Shown: positions 31,103 through 41,494 of the stretch, piece by piece
Layout of the letters: each line of letters begins with the position of its first letter
Numbering within the stretch: position 1 is the stretch's first letter
Source of the DNA: an uncultured delta proteobacterium
Lineage (GTDB): Bacteria; Desulfobacterota; Desulfobaccia; Desulfobaccales; 0-14-0-80-60-11
Reading direction: 5' to 3'
DNA length: 64,000 nucleotides
Assembly (NCBI GenBank): GCA_963812015.1
Contig: CAWETI010000002.1
Coordinates: forward strand, 1,568,001-1,632,000
The notes under the pieces: generated by a model
Databases searched by the model: none
What the model was told of the DNA's origin: nothing
Seen by the model: the letters and a program-made list of their open reading frames with translations, nothing else
Position numbers and translations under genes: made by a program

Positions 31103-31797
31103 CCAACGAAGAGCTGATCCTGGAAAGACTCACCCGCATCGAGGCGAGGCTGGATGGAGTCGACCGGGTGGAGCAGCAGATGCAAGCCTTTGCCGGACCC
31201 TGGGAAAATTTGAGTGATCTGGGCCGGGACCTGTCCCTGTTGACGGAGCCTGCGGTCAAGAAGCTGACGGAGGAGATGGTGGAGGTGGAGATCGGGTTTC
31301 AGATGGAGGACTTCTTCGCCCTGATCAAAAAACTCCTGCCAAGCTTGAAATACCTCACCTGGTCCCTGGAACAGATGGAAAACCTCGTCGACTGGTGGCA
31401 GGATATGGAGCCCTTATTGAAGCTGGGGTTCCCCAAGCTGGTCGACTACCTGGATGACCTGGAACAAAAAGGCATATTCCGCATTAATGCGGCGGTTCTG
31501 GAGATGTATGGCAAAATCGCCGCAAATTATAATCCCGAGGATATTGACGCCATGGGCGATGGGTTCGTCCGGATGCATGGCGTGGTCAAGAAATTGTCGA
31601 ATCCCGAGTTGATTCAATTTCTCGACAGGATCATCGACATTCCTCTGGAAATAAATCTGGAGGAGGCCAAGCCGGCCGGTCCCTTTGGCTTGCTCTGGCG
31701 GATGCGGAGTAAAGAGTGCCGGGAAGGATTGGGCGTCTTGGTGGAGCTCACCCGGGCCCTGGGCAAGCTCAAACCGGGTCCGGAGCAGGCGGCTTAG
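31099..31797 (+). CDS. DUF1641-like helical protein, translationally coupled to SQR
   Basis: ATGA overlap with the sqr stop; C-terminal GPFGLL..MR..E.REGLG...EL.RALGK. Confidence 0.8.
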   Translation: MTNEELILERLTRIEARLDGVDRVEQQMQAFAGPWENLSDLGRDLSLLTEPAVKKLTEEMVEVEIGFQMEDFFALIKKLLPSLKYLTWSLEQMENLVDWWQDMEPLLKLGFPKLVDYLDDLEQKGIFRINAAVLEMYGKIAANYNPEDIDAMGDGFVRMHGVVKKLSNPELIQFLDRIIDIPLEINLEEAKPAGPFGLLWRMRSKECREGLGVLVELTRALGKLKPGPEQAA

Positions 31798-32030
31798 CCG
31801 GAGGGGGAAAAGGGCTCAAAAAATTCGTCAGAACTTAGCGAGTTCTCCAGTCAGCCGGAGCCTGTGGCTGGTTTAACCGCAAGGGGCCGGGAGATTTAGG
31901 CGCTTGAAGGGAGAGATGGTGAGGGGCCCCGATGCCGGCCAAGTTGCTCCCCCCCCTTGACAGCGAGCCGGCAACCGCATAAAACCTCGGGTAGCCGGCT
32001 TGCTCCGGCAAATCACTCAGGAGACGTGCA

Positions 32031-33320
32031 GTGTATTGGGATGCCAACCTCGAAACCTTAACCCCGGCGGCGGTGCAAGAGTTGCAACTGACCCGCCTGC
32101 GGCAGACCCTGGAGCGCGCCGCCCACAGCCCCTTTTATGGCCGGCGCTTGAAGGAGGCGGGCGTTGCCGCCGGCGACCTCCGGTCCCTGGAAGATATCCG
32201 CCGGATTCCCTTTACCACCAAAGACGACCTCCGGGCCCACGGCCAGGAGATGCTGACCCTGCCCCTGGCCGACATGGTGCGCCTCCACGCCTCTTCCGGG
32301 ACCACGGGCCAGGCCACGGTGATCTATTATACCCGCGCCGATATCGAGACCTGGGCCGACCTGGTGGCCCGTTCCCTGTATGCCACCGGCATGCGGGCCG
32401 CTGACGTGTTCCAGAACATGATGGGCTACGGCCTGTTCACCGGGGGGCTGGGGTTTCACTACGGGGCCGAACGGCTGGGGGCCCTAACCATCCCCGCCGG
32501 GGCCGGCAACAGCCAGCGCCAGCTGCAACTGATGCAGCAGTTTTCCACCACCGCAATCCACATTATCCCCAGCTATGCCCTGCTCCTGCTCAACACCTTT
32601 GCCAAGAAAGGCGTCGACCCCCGGGACCTGCCGCTGCGCCTGGCCTTTCTGGGGGCCGAGCCCCACTCCGAAGATATGCGGCGGCGCATCGAGACGGCCT
32701 ATGGGGTCAAGGCCTACAATTCTTACGGGTTGTCCGAGATGAACGGCCCCGGGGTGGCCTTTGAGTGCCCGGAGCAGAACGGCATGCACGTCTGGGAAGA
32801 CGCCTTCTTGCTGGAGGTGCTGGACCCCGAGACCCTGCAGCCGGCGCCGCCGGGAGAGGTGGGGGAACTGGTCTTCACCAACCTTACCCGGCAAGGCATG
32901 CCGCTGTTGCGCTACCGCACCCGGGACCTGGCCTCCTATGACGATTCACCCTGTCCCTGCGGCCGGGGCTTCAAACGGCTTTCCCGGATCATGGGGCGCA
33001 CCGATGACATGGTGATCATTAAAGGGGTCAATATCTTCCCGATGCAGATCGACAAGGTGCTCATGGCCATGCCGGAGGTGGGCACCCAGTACCTGGTGGA
33101 ATTGACCCGGCAGGATTACAGCGACCAGATGCTGGTGAAGGTGGAAGTGCAGCAGAACTTTTTCCAGGAAGACCTCAAGTATCTCAACCAGTTGCAAAAG
33201 CGGATTACCGAGGCCTTAAAGAGCGAGCTGCTGGTGACGCCCCGGGTGGAACTGGTGGAGCCCAACACCCTGCCCCGGAGCGAAGGCAAGGCCCAGCGGG
33301 TCGTGGATAAGCGGTCCTGA
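32031..33320 (+). CDS. paaK: Phenylacetate--CoA ligase family protein
   Basis: PFTTKDDLR, HASSGTTG, YGLFTGGLGFHYG, YGLSE, RYRTRD, GRTDDM. Confidence 0.93.
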   Translation: MYWDANLETLTPAAVQELQLTRLRQTLERAAHSPFYGRRLKEAGVAAGDLRSLEDIRRIPFTTKDDLRAHGQEMLTLPLADMVRLHASSGTTGQATVIYYTRADIETWADLVARSLYATGMRAADVFQNMMGYGLFTGGLGFHYGAERLGALTIPAGAGNSQRQLQLMQQFSTTAIHIIPSYALLLLNTFAKKGVDPRDLPLRLAFLGAEPHSEDMRRRIETAYGVKAYNSYGLSEMNGPGVAFECPEQNGMHVWEDAFLLEVLDPETLQPAPPGEVGELVFTNLTRQGMPLLRYRTRDLASYDDSPCPCGRGFKRLSRIMGRTDDMVIIKGVNIFPMQIDKVLMAMPEVGTQYLVELTRQDYSDQMLVKVEVQQNFFQEDLKYLNQLQKRITEALKSELLVTPRVELVEPNTLPRSEGKAQRVVDKRS

Positions 33321-33353
33321 GGGGGGCTGGGCGGACAATGCCCCGGCGGGCCT

Positions 33354-33382
33354 GTAGGGCCGGGTTTTAAACCCGCCCCTAC
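33354..33382. repeat. GTAG-type REP palindrome
   Basis: GTAGGGCCGGGTTTTAAACCCGCCCCTAC, near-perfect palindrome. Confidence 0.75.
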
Positions 33383-33443
33383 GCGTGTAGCAAGACCCCT
33401 TTCCTTGACAATACCTGAGTCCGGTGTTAAAAAACCAAGATGT

Positions 33444-33529
33444 GGAGGGATGGCCGAGTGGTTTAAGGCAGCGGTCTTGAAAACCGCAGACCGGAAGGTC
33501 CGTGGGTTCGAATCCTACTCCCTCCGCCA
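33444..33529 (+). tRNA. tRNA-Ser (anticodon TGA)
   Basis: GGAGGGA acceptor, GCGGT-CT-TGA-AA-ACCGC anticodon arm, long variable arm, GGTTCGAATCC, encoded CCA. Confidence 0.97.
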
Positions 33530-33612
33530 TCTGCTGACCTACCGGAGATTGATAAAGGTAGACTCTCGTGACATGGCCCCGAAACGGCCGTAAAGCCCAG
33601 AAAAGCCCTACC

Positions 33613-33704
33613 GGAGAGATGACCGAGCGGCCGAAGGTGCTCGCCTGCTAAGCGAGTGTGGGGGGAAACTTCCACCGAGGGTTCGAATCCCTCTCTCTCC
33701 GCCA
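33613..33704 (+). tRNA. tRNA-Ser (anticodon GCT)
   Basis: GGAGAGA acceptor, CTCGC-CT-GCT-AA-GCGAG, long variable arm, GGTTCGAATCC, encoded CCA. Confidence 0.97.
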
Positions 33705-33808
33705 GTTCTATATTCAGCCACCCCTGCTTCTTCCCTGGCCGTTCCCGGCCGCCGTTTTCTGAAAAATCCTCTCCCACTTCGACCCGGCTTGGCGTAAGAT
33801 AAGAAACC

Positions 33809-35212
33809 ATGTCTGCCGCCGCGCCACCGCCGGATCATGCCCCGAACCGCCGCATCGTCCTGCTGGCCGTCTGTATGGGGGCCTTTATGGCGACCCTGGA
33901 CACCAGCATCGTCAATATCGCCCTGCCGCAGATTGCCCGTGAATTCGACGTGTCACTGGTCCAGATCTCCTGGGTCATGCTGATCTACCTCCTCATGAAC
34001 GTCTCCCTTTTGCTTACCAGCGGCCGGCTGGGGGACCTCTTGGCGCCGGGCAAGCTCTTCCTTCTGGGGTTGGTGGTGTTTACCGGGGCCTCGGCCCTGT
34101 GCGGGCTGAGCCCGGGACTGGCCTGGATGGTGGGCGGCCGGGCCCTCCAGGGGCTGGGTGCGTCTTTGATACTGGGGGTGGCCCCCAAGCTCATCGCCCT
34201 GGCCTATGGGGAGGGGGAGCGGGGGCTGGCCCTGGGACTGTTTTCCACCGCCTTCGCCACCGGCATCAGCGTGGGAGCGCCCCTGGGTGGGGTCATCACT
34301 ACTTACCTGGGCTGGCCGTTTATCTTTTTCATCAACCTGCCCATCTGCGCCGGGACTTTTTGGGTGGGGTGCCGAGTCCTGCTGCAGTTCAAGCCCCAAA
34401 AGGCCTGGAACTGGCGGTCGTTTGACCTCGGGGGGGCTGTGATCCTGGCCGGGACCCTGGGAGTGTTCCTCCTGGGGTTGACCTGGATCCGGCAGTCCGG
34501 CTGGAGCGCCGAGACCCTGGGGGCGCTGGGGCTGGCCGCGTTCCTGGGCCTGGTCCTGCATTTCCTGGAGCGCCGGCACCTCAATCCCCTGCTGCAGCGC
34601 GAGCTCTGGCGCCACTGGCCCTTTGTGGTGGGGTCATCGGCGGTGGTGCTGACCTTTGCGCCGGTGATGGGCGTCTTCTTCCTGCTGCCCTTTTTTCTGG
34701 AGCATATCTATCACTATACCCCGGCCCAAACCGGGTTTTTGTTGGCGGCCCTGAGCGCCAGCAACGCCCTGGTGGCCCCCTGCGGCGGTTACCTGGCGGA
34801 CCGGCTGGGGAACCTCGCGGTTCTCAGGACCGGGGCCGGATTGATCCTGGCGGGCCTGATCTCCCTCATCTTTACCGGGCCGGACAGCTCCACCCTGACC
34901 CTGGCGGCCAGGTTCGTCCTCATCGGCCTGGGGTTCGGCCTCTTCCAGGCCCCTAATCTCAGTGAAATCCTCCAGGGGGTGAAACCCGCCCTGATCGGTC
35001 TGGCGGCCAGCACCAATGCGGTCCTGAAAAACCTCGGATCGCTCCTGGGCATCACCTTGATTGTGTCAGTGTTTGCCTGGCTCAGCGGCAACCACGGTTC
35101 ACCCATCCCGGGAGTCAACCTGGAAATGGCCGCCTTCCACAAGGCCTTTACCCTGGCCGCCCTGGTGGCGGGCTTCAACCTGGCGGCCAACCTCCTGCCC
35201 CGCAAACCCTGA
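33809..35212 (+). CDS. MFS drug:H+ antiporter, DHA2 (EmrB/QacA) family
   Basis: LDTSIVNIALP, GRLGD, RALQGLG motifs; about 14 TM. Confidence 0.92.
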   Translation: MSAAAPPPDHAPNRRIVLLAVCMGAFMATLDTSIVNIALPQIAREFDVSLVQISWVMLIYLLMNVSLLLTSGRLGDLLAPGKLFLLGLVVFTGASALCGLSPGLAWMVGGRALQGLGASLILGVAPKLIALAYGEGERGLALGLFSTAFATGISVGAPLGGVITTYLGWPFIFFINLPICAGTFWVGCRVLLQFKPQKAWNWRSFDLGGAVILAGTLGVFLLGLTWIRQSGWSAETLGALGLAAFLGLVLHFLERRHLNPLLQRELWRHWPFVVGSSAVVLTFAPVMGVFFLLPFFLEHIYHYTPAQTGFLLAALSASNALVAPCGGYLADRLGNLAVLRTGAGLILAGLISLIFTGPDSSTLTLAARFVLIGLGFGLFQAPNLSEILQGVKPALIGLAASTNAVLKNLGSLLGITLIVSVFAWLSGNHGSPIPGVNLEMAAFHKAFTLAALVAGFNLAANLLPRKP

Positions 35213-35314
35213 GGCCAAAACGGCCGGCCCCGACCAAGGGGCGTTTCACGCCTTGGTTCCCGGGGGTCGCTGTGTTACTATAACGCCAGGCAAAGCAATC
35301 AGACCAAGGGGCTT

Positions 35315-35533
35315 ATGAGGCTCGGGGGGAGCGAGGCGGTGGCGGTTAAAGCAGGGGAAATTGTGGCGTTGGTGGGCATGGGGGCACTGTTGTTGAACAA
35401 CCTGGGGCGGCGGCGGGTGCGGCAGGGGCGGCCGCCGGTCAAAGGACGCCTGGCCAAATTGCTGGCCTATGGGGATTTCGTGGCCTTCGGCATCATCCTG
35501 GCGGGCCTGGTGGTTATGTATCTGCAAAAATAG
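35315..35533 (+). CDS. Small two-TM hypothetical protein (start uncertain, possibly 35339)
   Basis: Two hydrophobic segments with a basic loop; GC-rich third codon positions. Confidence 0.55.
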   Translation: MRLGGSEAVAVKAGEIVALVGMGALLLNNLGRRRVRQGRPPVKGRLAKLLAYGDFVAFGIILAGLVVMYLQK

Positions 35534-35688
35534 CCGGCCGCGGCTTTGCCCTTCCCGGGGAGGGGGAAGCTCGTCGGCCGAGTGCGGTTAAGCTCCGGCA
35601 AAAGCGGTGTTGGCGGTCAGCAGGACGGAATACACATAACTATAAGGGGGAGCATCGGCCCGAGCATTACATGGCTTATCTGCTTATC

Positions 35689-36150
35689 TTACTCTTCTTT
35701 TTCTTTGGGTTTTGTTAATGGATTAAATTTATTCTCAATGCCTTTGGGGGCTTCCTGGAAAGGTGTCACGGCTTGGGCGGTGAGAGGCCGCAATTGGACA
35801 TGAGCATTTTCCGGCACTAATTGACATTGAGCTCCAGTCGCAGCGTCAACTGCATAGCCAATAATTCCTCCCGCGAATACATCGCCAGCTGTTGCTAAAC
35901 TCATTGCTTGTTTAATATTAATAGTTTCTTTTTGATACCCCTCTTTGGAAACTTCAACTACGTGGGAATCTTTACGTGACATAGTGATTGTTGCTGGAGA
36001 TTTATAGCTATCCTTCCCATCTACCAGTAAATCAGCACCAAATGGGTCTGTGGTTATCCCAATATCTTGTGTCGTTCCGTGCATGATAGTAGCACAACCG
36101 CTTGACATAATTAAAAGGGAGAAAATCAGCAGGGCGTTAAGACGACTCAT
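35689..36150 (-). CDS. PEGA-domain lipoprotein
   Basis: SGCATI lipobox, TDP.GA...VDG...SP, KEGY, VDAATGA; AT-rich gene. Confidence 0.8.
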   Translation of the reverse strand: MSRLNALLIFSLLIMSSGCATIMHGTTQDIGITTDPFGADLLVDGKDSYKSPATITMSRKDSHVVEVSKEGYQKETINIKQAMSLATAGDVFAGGIIGYAVDAATGAQCQLVPENAHVQLRPLTAQAVTPFQEAPKGIENKFNPLTKPKEKEE

Positions 36151-36355
36151 GGATTATACCTCTTTAAGATACATAGGGTTGGGGCTGGACCTGATAAGCT
36201 ACGCTGAAAACCGGTCCATTTATTATCCGCGTAGACGGACTCCCCAGTCAATAAATTTATAATCACTTGACCGCCTCGCGGCAAGGGTCAAGGGATGGGG
36301 GTCCAGTTCTTCGCGAAATTCTCTTGGCCTGCAAGCTCGGCCCCGGGATCATGAG

Positions 36356-39040
36356 CTAAACCGCCAGGGAGTCGGCAGCAAAAGACATCTCCACGCGCCT
36401 CACCCCGCCATCGGACTCGCCGATGGTGAAGCCCAGCTTCTTCACCAGGCCCAGCATGGGCAGGTTTTCGGCCAGGACTTCGCCATAGAGCAGCTTGACG
36501 CCATTGTCCCGGGCAATCTCAATGACCCGCTCGATGAGTTTTTCACCCAGACCTTTGCCCTGCCAGGGGTCGGCCACGATCACGGCAAATTCGGCGGTGG
36601 AGCGGTCCGCGGCCATGACCAGACGGCTCACCCCCTGCATGATTTCGGGCCCCGGCGGCTGGCCGATGGCCATCAAGCCGAGCTCCCGGTCATAATCGTT
36701 CTGGGTGAAGCGGATGAGCATTTCATGGGTCCACTTTTTGATCAGCTTGAAGTAGCGGAAATAAACGGTTTCCTCGGAGCAGAGGGCGAGGAATTCGGCC
36801 ACCAGGGATTCGTCTTCGGGTTTCATGGGCCGGAGCAGCACGGGGGTGCCGTCCTCCAGGAGCCAGTCGCTCTCATATTGGTTGGGGTACGGGGCGATGA
36901 TCAGGTGACGGGGAGCCGGAACGGCGCTGGGCGCCAGGAGAATCCGGGCATCGACGCACACCGGGCGGCCATTGGCGATGAGGAGGGGATTAATATCCAG
37001 TTCCTCGATTTCCGGGAAGTCAGTCACGAGCTGGGAGAGGCGGACTAAAATTTCCCCCAGCAGGTCCAGGTTGGCCGGCGGGATGTTGCGGTATCCCTGG
37101 AGGAGCTGATAAAAGCGGGTCCGCTCCATGAGCCGCCGGGCCAGGAGCAGGTTGAGGGGCGGCAGGTCCACGGACGATTCCCTCAGGACCTCGGCGAGAA
37201 TCCCGCCCAGGCCAAAGAGCAGGAGGGGCCCGAACTGCGGGTTTTTCTTGGCGCCCAGGATCAATTCCAGGGAAGATTTTTCCACCTGGGTTTGAACCGT
37301 CACCCCGAAGATCTTAGCATCGGGCCTGGCAGTCTGAGCCCGGCTGACGATATCCTCGTATGCCGCGGCTACTTCCGCGGCGCTCTTGAGAAAGGTTCGC
37401 ACCCCATCCACATCCGACTTATGGGAGATGTCCGGGGAGTGGATTTTTGCCACTACCGGAAAGCCCAGCTTTTGGGCCGCGGCAGCGGCGGCGGCGGCGG
37501 AAGAGGCCGTCACCGTGGGATTCACCGGGATGCCGTAAGCCGACAGAATGGCCTTGGCCTCCACTTCCGTGAGCAGCAGCGTCTGGCGCTTGAAGCATTC
37601 ATCGATGAAAGTCCGAGCCTGCTTTGTGTTGACTTTCAGGTCGGCCGACAGCCGAGGCGGGGTTTCCTGGAGCAGTTCCAGGTTCCGGGTGTAGGAGTAC
37701 ATCTCCATGAAGGTGTCCACGGCGTCTTCGGGAGTTTCATAGGTGGGGATGTCGGATTCATTTAACTGATGAATCCCGGCGGCGACATGCTGGGCCCCCA
37801 TCCAGACGGCAAAGACCGGCTTGGCTTGTTTTTTAATCTCAGGGATCAGGGCTTGGGCCACGCCGGTGGGGTCGGTCATGGCTTGGGGGGAGAGCAGGAC
37901 CACCGCGCCGGAGATCTCCGGAGCGACCAACAGGCGCCGGGTCGCTTCCAGGTAGCGCTCCGGCGGCGCATCGCCCAGGATGTCCACGGGGTTGTTCCGG
38001 CTCCAGAAGGGGGGCAACGCCTGGTCGAGATTCGCCAGGGTTTCGGGGCTCAAAGGCGCCGGCTCCAGGTGCCACTTGCTCAAAGCGTCCACCGCCATCA
38101 CCCCCGGACCCCCGGCGTTAGTGATGATGGCCAACTCCCCCCCCAGGGGCCGGCTCATTTTACCCAAAGCCTCGGCGCAGTTGAAGAGCTGGGCGATGGT
38201 GTCCACCCGGATGATGCCGGCCCGCCGGAAAGCGGCATTATAGGCCTCATCCTGGCCCGCCAGGGCGCCGGTATGGGAGGCCGCGGCCCGGGCGGCGGCT
38301 TCGCTGCGGCCGGATTTCACCACGATGATGGGTTTTACCCGAGACACGGAGCGGGCGGCGCTCATGAAGGTGCGGTGGTGCACCAGGTTTTCCATATAGA
38401 TGATGATACTTTTGGCTCGATCATCATTGCCCAGGTAATCGATCATTTCGGCGAAATCGAGGTCCGCCATGGAACCGATGCTGACGAAATGGCTAAATCC
38501 CATATTCTGGGCCTCGGCCATGTCCAGGATGGCGCTGCAGATGGCCCCGCTCTGGGAGAGGAGGGCCACACTGCCGGGGCGCACCGACTGCGCCGCGAAG
38601 CTGGCGTTGAGGTGCGTGTGGGGGCAGAGTATCCCCATGCAGTTGGGTCCAAGGTAGCGAATGCCGCCGGCCTGGGCCGCGGCGTGGATGTCGGCTTCGA
38701 TTTTCTGGCCCGCTTCGCCCACTTCCTTGCCGCCGGCGGAGATGATGATAACCCCGGGAACTTTGGCCCGGGCGCACTCCTGCATGATCTCCGGCACTCC
38801 CTGGATGGGGACGGCGACGATGGCCAAATCGATGGCGGCGCCCACTGCCGTGACCGACGGAAAGGCGGGAATCCCCAAGATCTCGCTATGCTTGGGGTTG
38901 ATGGGGTAGAGGCGTCCTGGAAAGCCGTCCTTCTTCAGGTTCTCCACCAGGATGCGGCCGATGCTGTTCTCTTTGGGGCTGGCGCCCACGACCGCAATGG
39001 ATTCCGGCTGAAAAAACTTATCAAGGATATGTTTCTGCAT
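36356..39040 (-). CDS. NDP-forming acyl-CoA synthetase/GNAT fusion (Pat/YfiQ-type protein lysine acetyltransferase family)
   Basis: P.SIAVVGAS, GPNC.G, SQSGA, SHTGALAG, ATP-grasp HKSDV.GV, C-terminal GNAT WQGKGLG. Confidence 0.92.
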   Translation of the reverse strand: MQKHILDKFFQPESIAVVGASPKENSIGRILVENLKKDGFPGRLYPINPKHSEILGIPAFPSVTAVGAAIDLAIVAVPIQGVPEIMQECARAKVPGVIIISAGGKEVGEAGQKIEADIHAAAQAGGIRYLGPNCMGILCPHTHLNASFAAQSVRPGSVALLSQSGAICSAILDMAEAQNMGFSHFVSIGSMADLDFAEMIDYLGNDDRAKSIIIYMENLVHHRTFMSAARSVSRVKPIIVVKSGRSEAAARAAASHTGALAGQDEAYNAAFRRAGIIRVDTIAQLFNCAEALGKMSRPLGGELAIITNAGGPGVMAVDALSKWHLEPAPLSPETLANLDQALPPFWSRNNPVDILGDAPPERYLEATRRLLVAPEISGAVVLLSPQAMTDPTGVAQALIPEIKKQAKPVFAVWMGAQHVAAGIHQLNESDIPTYETPEDAVDTFMEMYSYTRNLELLQETPPRLSADLKVNTKQARTFIDECFKRQTLLLTEVEAKAILSAYGIPVNPTVTASSAAAAAAAAQKLGFPVVAKIHSPDISHKSDVDGVRTFLKSAAEVAAAYEDIVSRAQTARPDAKIFGVTVQTQVEKSSLELILGAKKNPQFGPLLLFGLGGILAEVLRESSVDLPPLNLLLARRLMERTRFYQLLQGYRNIPPANLDLLGEILVRLSQLVTDFPEIEELDINPLLIANGRPVCVDARILLAPSAVPAPRHLIIAPYPNQYESDWLLEDGTPVLLRPMKPEDESLVAEFLALCSEETVYFRYFKLIKKWTHEMLIRFTQNDYDRELGLMAIGQPPGPEIMQGVSRLVMAADRSTAEFAVIVADPWQGKGLGEKLIERVIEIARDNGVKLLYGEVLAENLPMLGLVKKLGFTIGESDGGVRRVEMSFAADSLAV

Positions 39041-39175
39041 CTTGACCTCCGCCTCGGGGCGTCACGCTGACCTGCGGGGCTGAAACTGACCGTTTTTTTA
39101 TAATAAGATCGGCAGAGCGAACCTGGTATTTCGGGCTTTTGATCAGTTTATAATAAAAATATTTCTTTAATGTTA

Positions 39176-39201
39176 AAAGGCGGCCGGAAAGGGCCGCCTT
39201 T
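39176..39201. terminator. Hairpin, likely terminator for the minus-strand ORF at 39246-39455
   Basis: AAAGGCGGCC..GGCCGCCTTT stem. Confidence 0.65.
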
Positions 39202-39245
39202 AACCTGGGTCATGACCTCAAGGATCTGCAGTAGATTGGGGTGGC

Positions 39246-39455
39246 CTAAACCTCCGTTGAACTCTCGGGTGCGTAGGTTATATCGGTTAATCCGGGGATT
39301 TCAACCTTTACGCAACCATCGCCCAACAAGTTCATGGTGTGGATTATGATACCATAAGTCACCACGGCCCAGGTAACCAGAGCTCTTGCGGCTTGAAACG
39401 GATGTGACACGAAAATTGTGTCGCCATATTTTGATTGTTTTACAATACTTATCAT
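39246..39455 (-). CDS. Small hypothetical protein
   Basis: G-rich RBS upstream and hairpin downstream; no recognisable motif. Confidence 0.4.
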   Translation of the reverse strand: MISIVKQSKYGDTIFVSHPFQAARALVTWAVVTYGIIIHTMNLLGDGCVKVEIPGLTDITYAPESSTEV

Positions 39456-39920
39456 CTCATTCCCCCCTTTTTCCGGTGCCAGTTTTCCTCCCTTCCGTAA
39501 TTTTGCTGCAGGAACTTCTTCTCCCCCAAGAAGAAGCCAGATAAATTAAGAACACCAGCAGATTCTTTAACCCCAATACGTTATGTCAGAGGGAAGTAAG
39601 GTTGTCAATTAAAATTTACCGAGAGAATAAATTTCAAGAAACAGGGGAAATAAGATCAACAACGGGTCATGAGGTCGGGAAATCATCACGCCAAAAATGG
39701 TGATCTGATCCAGATGTAGTGGTTTCTTAGTTGGTTAAAAAGTCTCCCATTATAGCTGCGAGCCTCATGACGCCTTAATTCTGGTTCTAAGAGGCGGTTG
39801 GTACCAGGGTTTCTGGCCTGGGCACGCCCGCCTCTCTCCGGCCTGGCGGGCTGCGCCCAGACATCCACCATCCTCATAGACGATGGCGCCAATTTTAAAC
39901 GACACGAACAACTGGAAATG

Positions 39921-40442
39921 GTGCCGGAGCCATCCGGGTGGACAACGGCCCAGAGTTTATCTCCAAGGAAGTAGACCTGTGGGCCTATGCCCATGGGGTG
40001 GTCCTGGACTTTTCCCGGCCGGGGAAGCCCACGGACAACGCCTTCATCGAATCGTTTAACAGCCGGTTTCGGCAAGAATGCTTGAATGAACACTGGTTTT
40101 TGAGCCTGGAGGATGCTACAGAGAAGATCGAAGCTTGGCGGGGCCACTATAATGAGCTGCGGCCCCACAGCAGTCTGGGTTATCAATCGCCGATGGAGTA
40201 TCTCTCGGGGGCGCTGCCCCCGAACCCCCGGAGTTTAACGCTTTTAGAAGCTCCGGATGGGCAGGAAAAGCAAGGGCAGGGGCTCAGCCCTGCCCATCCG
40301 TCTGCTTCCCCACCAGGCGCTCAGGTTGCTCTCCAGCAGAGCCTTATCCTCCAGGTGGGTGGACAGAATATACCATGAACCCATAAATGGAAAAAAGCCG
40401 AATTTTCTCACTCAAAATGGTCCAAAAAAGGGGGCAGCTTCA
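39921..40442 (+). mobile_element. Truncated IS3-family element (OrfB integrase-core C-terminus plus right inverted repeat)
   Basis: VDNGPEFISK, SRPGKPTDNAFIESFNSRFRQECLNEHWF, YN..RPHSSLG; ends GGGGGCAGCTTCA; 5' part absent. Confidence 0.9.
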
Positions 40443-40585
40443 ATTTGGCCCACGCGGACCACACTCATGGTTGCTCAATTTGAGGATTCTGAGGGGGTCT
40501 GTGTGGGCCATAGTGTGGGCGAAACGTGGAAAGGCACCCAAAACAAAAGGCGTAACCCTTTGAGGTTACGCCAATTTTAATCTAA

Positions 40586-40609
40586 TGGTGCCGAAGCGGG
40601 GATTCAACC
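40586..40609 (-). other. att-like site: 3' end fragment of a tRNA (probably tRNA-Leu)
   Basis: Minus strand reads GGTTGAATCCCCGCTTCGGCACCA, a T-arm remnant plus acceptor stem and CCA; short direct repeats on both sides (GTGGGC x2, ATCCGCAA x2). Confidence 0.75.
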
Positions 40610-40840
40610 GGATGAGGATAACTTGTTGAAATCATTAGGTGAGGCAGGTGAAAAAGTGGCGGTTTTCATGTCATCATCCGCAAGCTATCCGCAACCATTT
40701 ACCGTTATTTGCAAAAACCCTAAGATCGGGATATTAATAAAAATAAGAAATTGATTTGGCCCCCTTACCCCCGGAAGCCGATAGCGGGGAAAGGTTGGCT
40801 TTCTCAGTCGTCTTGGCCTTCCGGGATTAGGATTGATGAC

Positions 40841-41494
40841 ATGAAAGAGTTGACTAATGAACAACGCAAAGACCTTTGGTCAAAATATGTACACTACCAG
40901 TGGGAAATAACTCGCAGAAATAAAGATTACCAATCTGAATATGAGGATTTAAAAAACACTTTAGATGAAGAAACCATGCATAGCAAAAGGATGGCAATGG
41001 CAATAAAATGGGGGTTTGCAGTTGACCCCCGCAACGAGGAACCTTATTTAGCAGAAATGGGTTCTGGGATTTCTGGAAATATAAAAATAATCAAATCACC
41101 GGTTCTTGATTGTATTGTTGATGAAGGGTTAATGACTATAGTTGGTAAAGGAAGCGATCCTAACTTAATTGATAATGAAATTATAGTGTCAATAGATGTT
41201 AGTGGCCCAGATTGGCTTACTATTGCCAGTCTCGAAAGTATCCTTAAATCAATAAGGATGGTCACTGATATAAAAGAGAAACGTATTTCTTGGGATAATC
41301 TCGATGACTATCTTCAAGTGTATGATTTAAGCCAATGTGGATTTTCTCCTGAAGATATTGCAAAAGAGCTTTTTCTTTATAATATTGATGATATTGAAAA
41401 TGATATTGAACAACAAAAGGAATCAGCTGCCAGGAAAGTGAGAAGGTATCTGAAAAAAGCGATAGACTTTATTGAAAATGGACAAATAAGATGA
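40841..41494 (+). CDS. FseA-like transcriptional activator (DUF6499-like + DUF2285-like)
   Basis: N-terminal WEITRRNKDYQSEY; C-terminal LQVYDL...G.S..DIAKELF...KVRRYLKKAIDFIENG. Confidence 0.65.
   Translation: MKELTNEQRKDLWSKYVHYQWEITRRNKDYQSEYEDLKNTLDEETMHSKRMAMAIKWGFAVDPRNEEPYLAEMGSGISGNIKIIKSPVLDCIVDEGLMTIVGKGSDPNLIDNEIIVSIDVSGPDWLTIASLESILKSIRMVTDIKEKRISWDNLDDYLQVYDLSQCGFSPEDIAKELFLYNIDDIENDIEQQKESAARKVRRYLKKAIDFIENGQIR

Noticed and set aside
33216..33838. ORFs such as MAEGVGFEPT and AEREGFEPS
   Set aside because: Antisense translations of the two tRNA-Ser genes
40443..40580. Possible C-terminal tail of a tyrosine integrase
   Set aside because: Position fits, but no catalytic motif is recognisable
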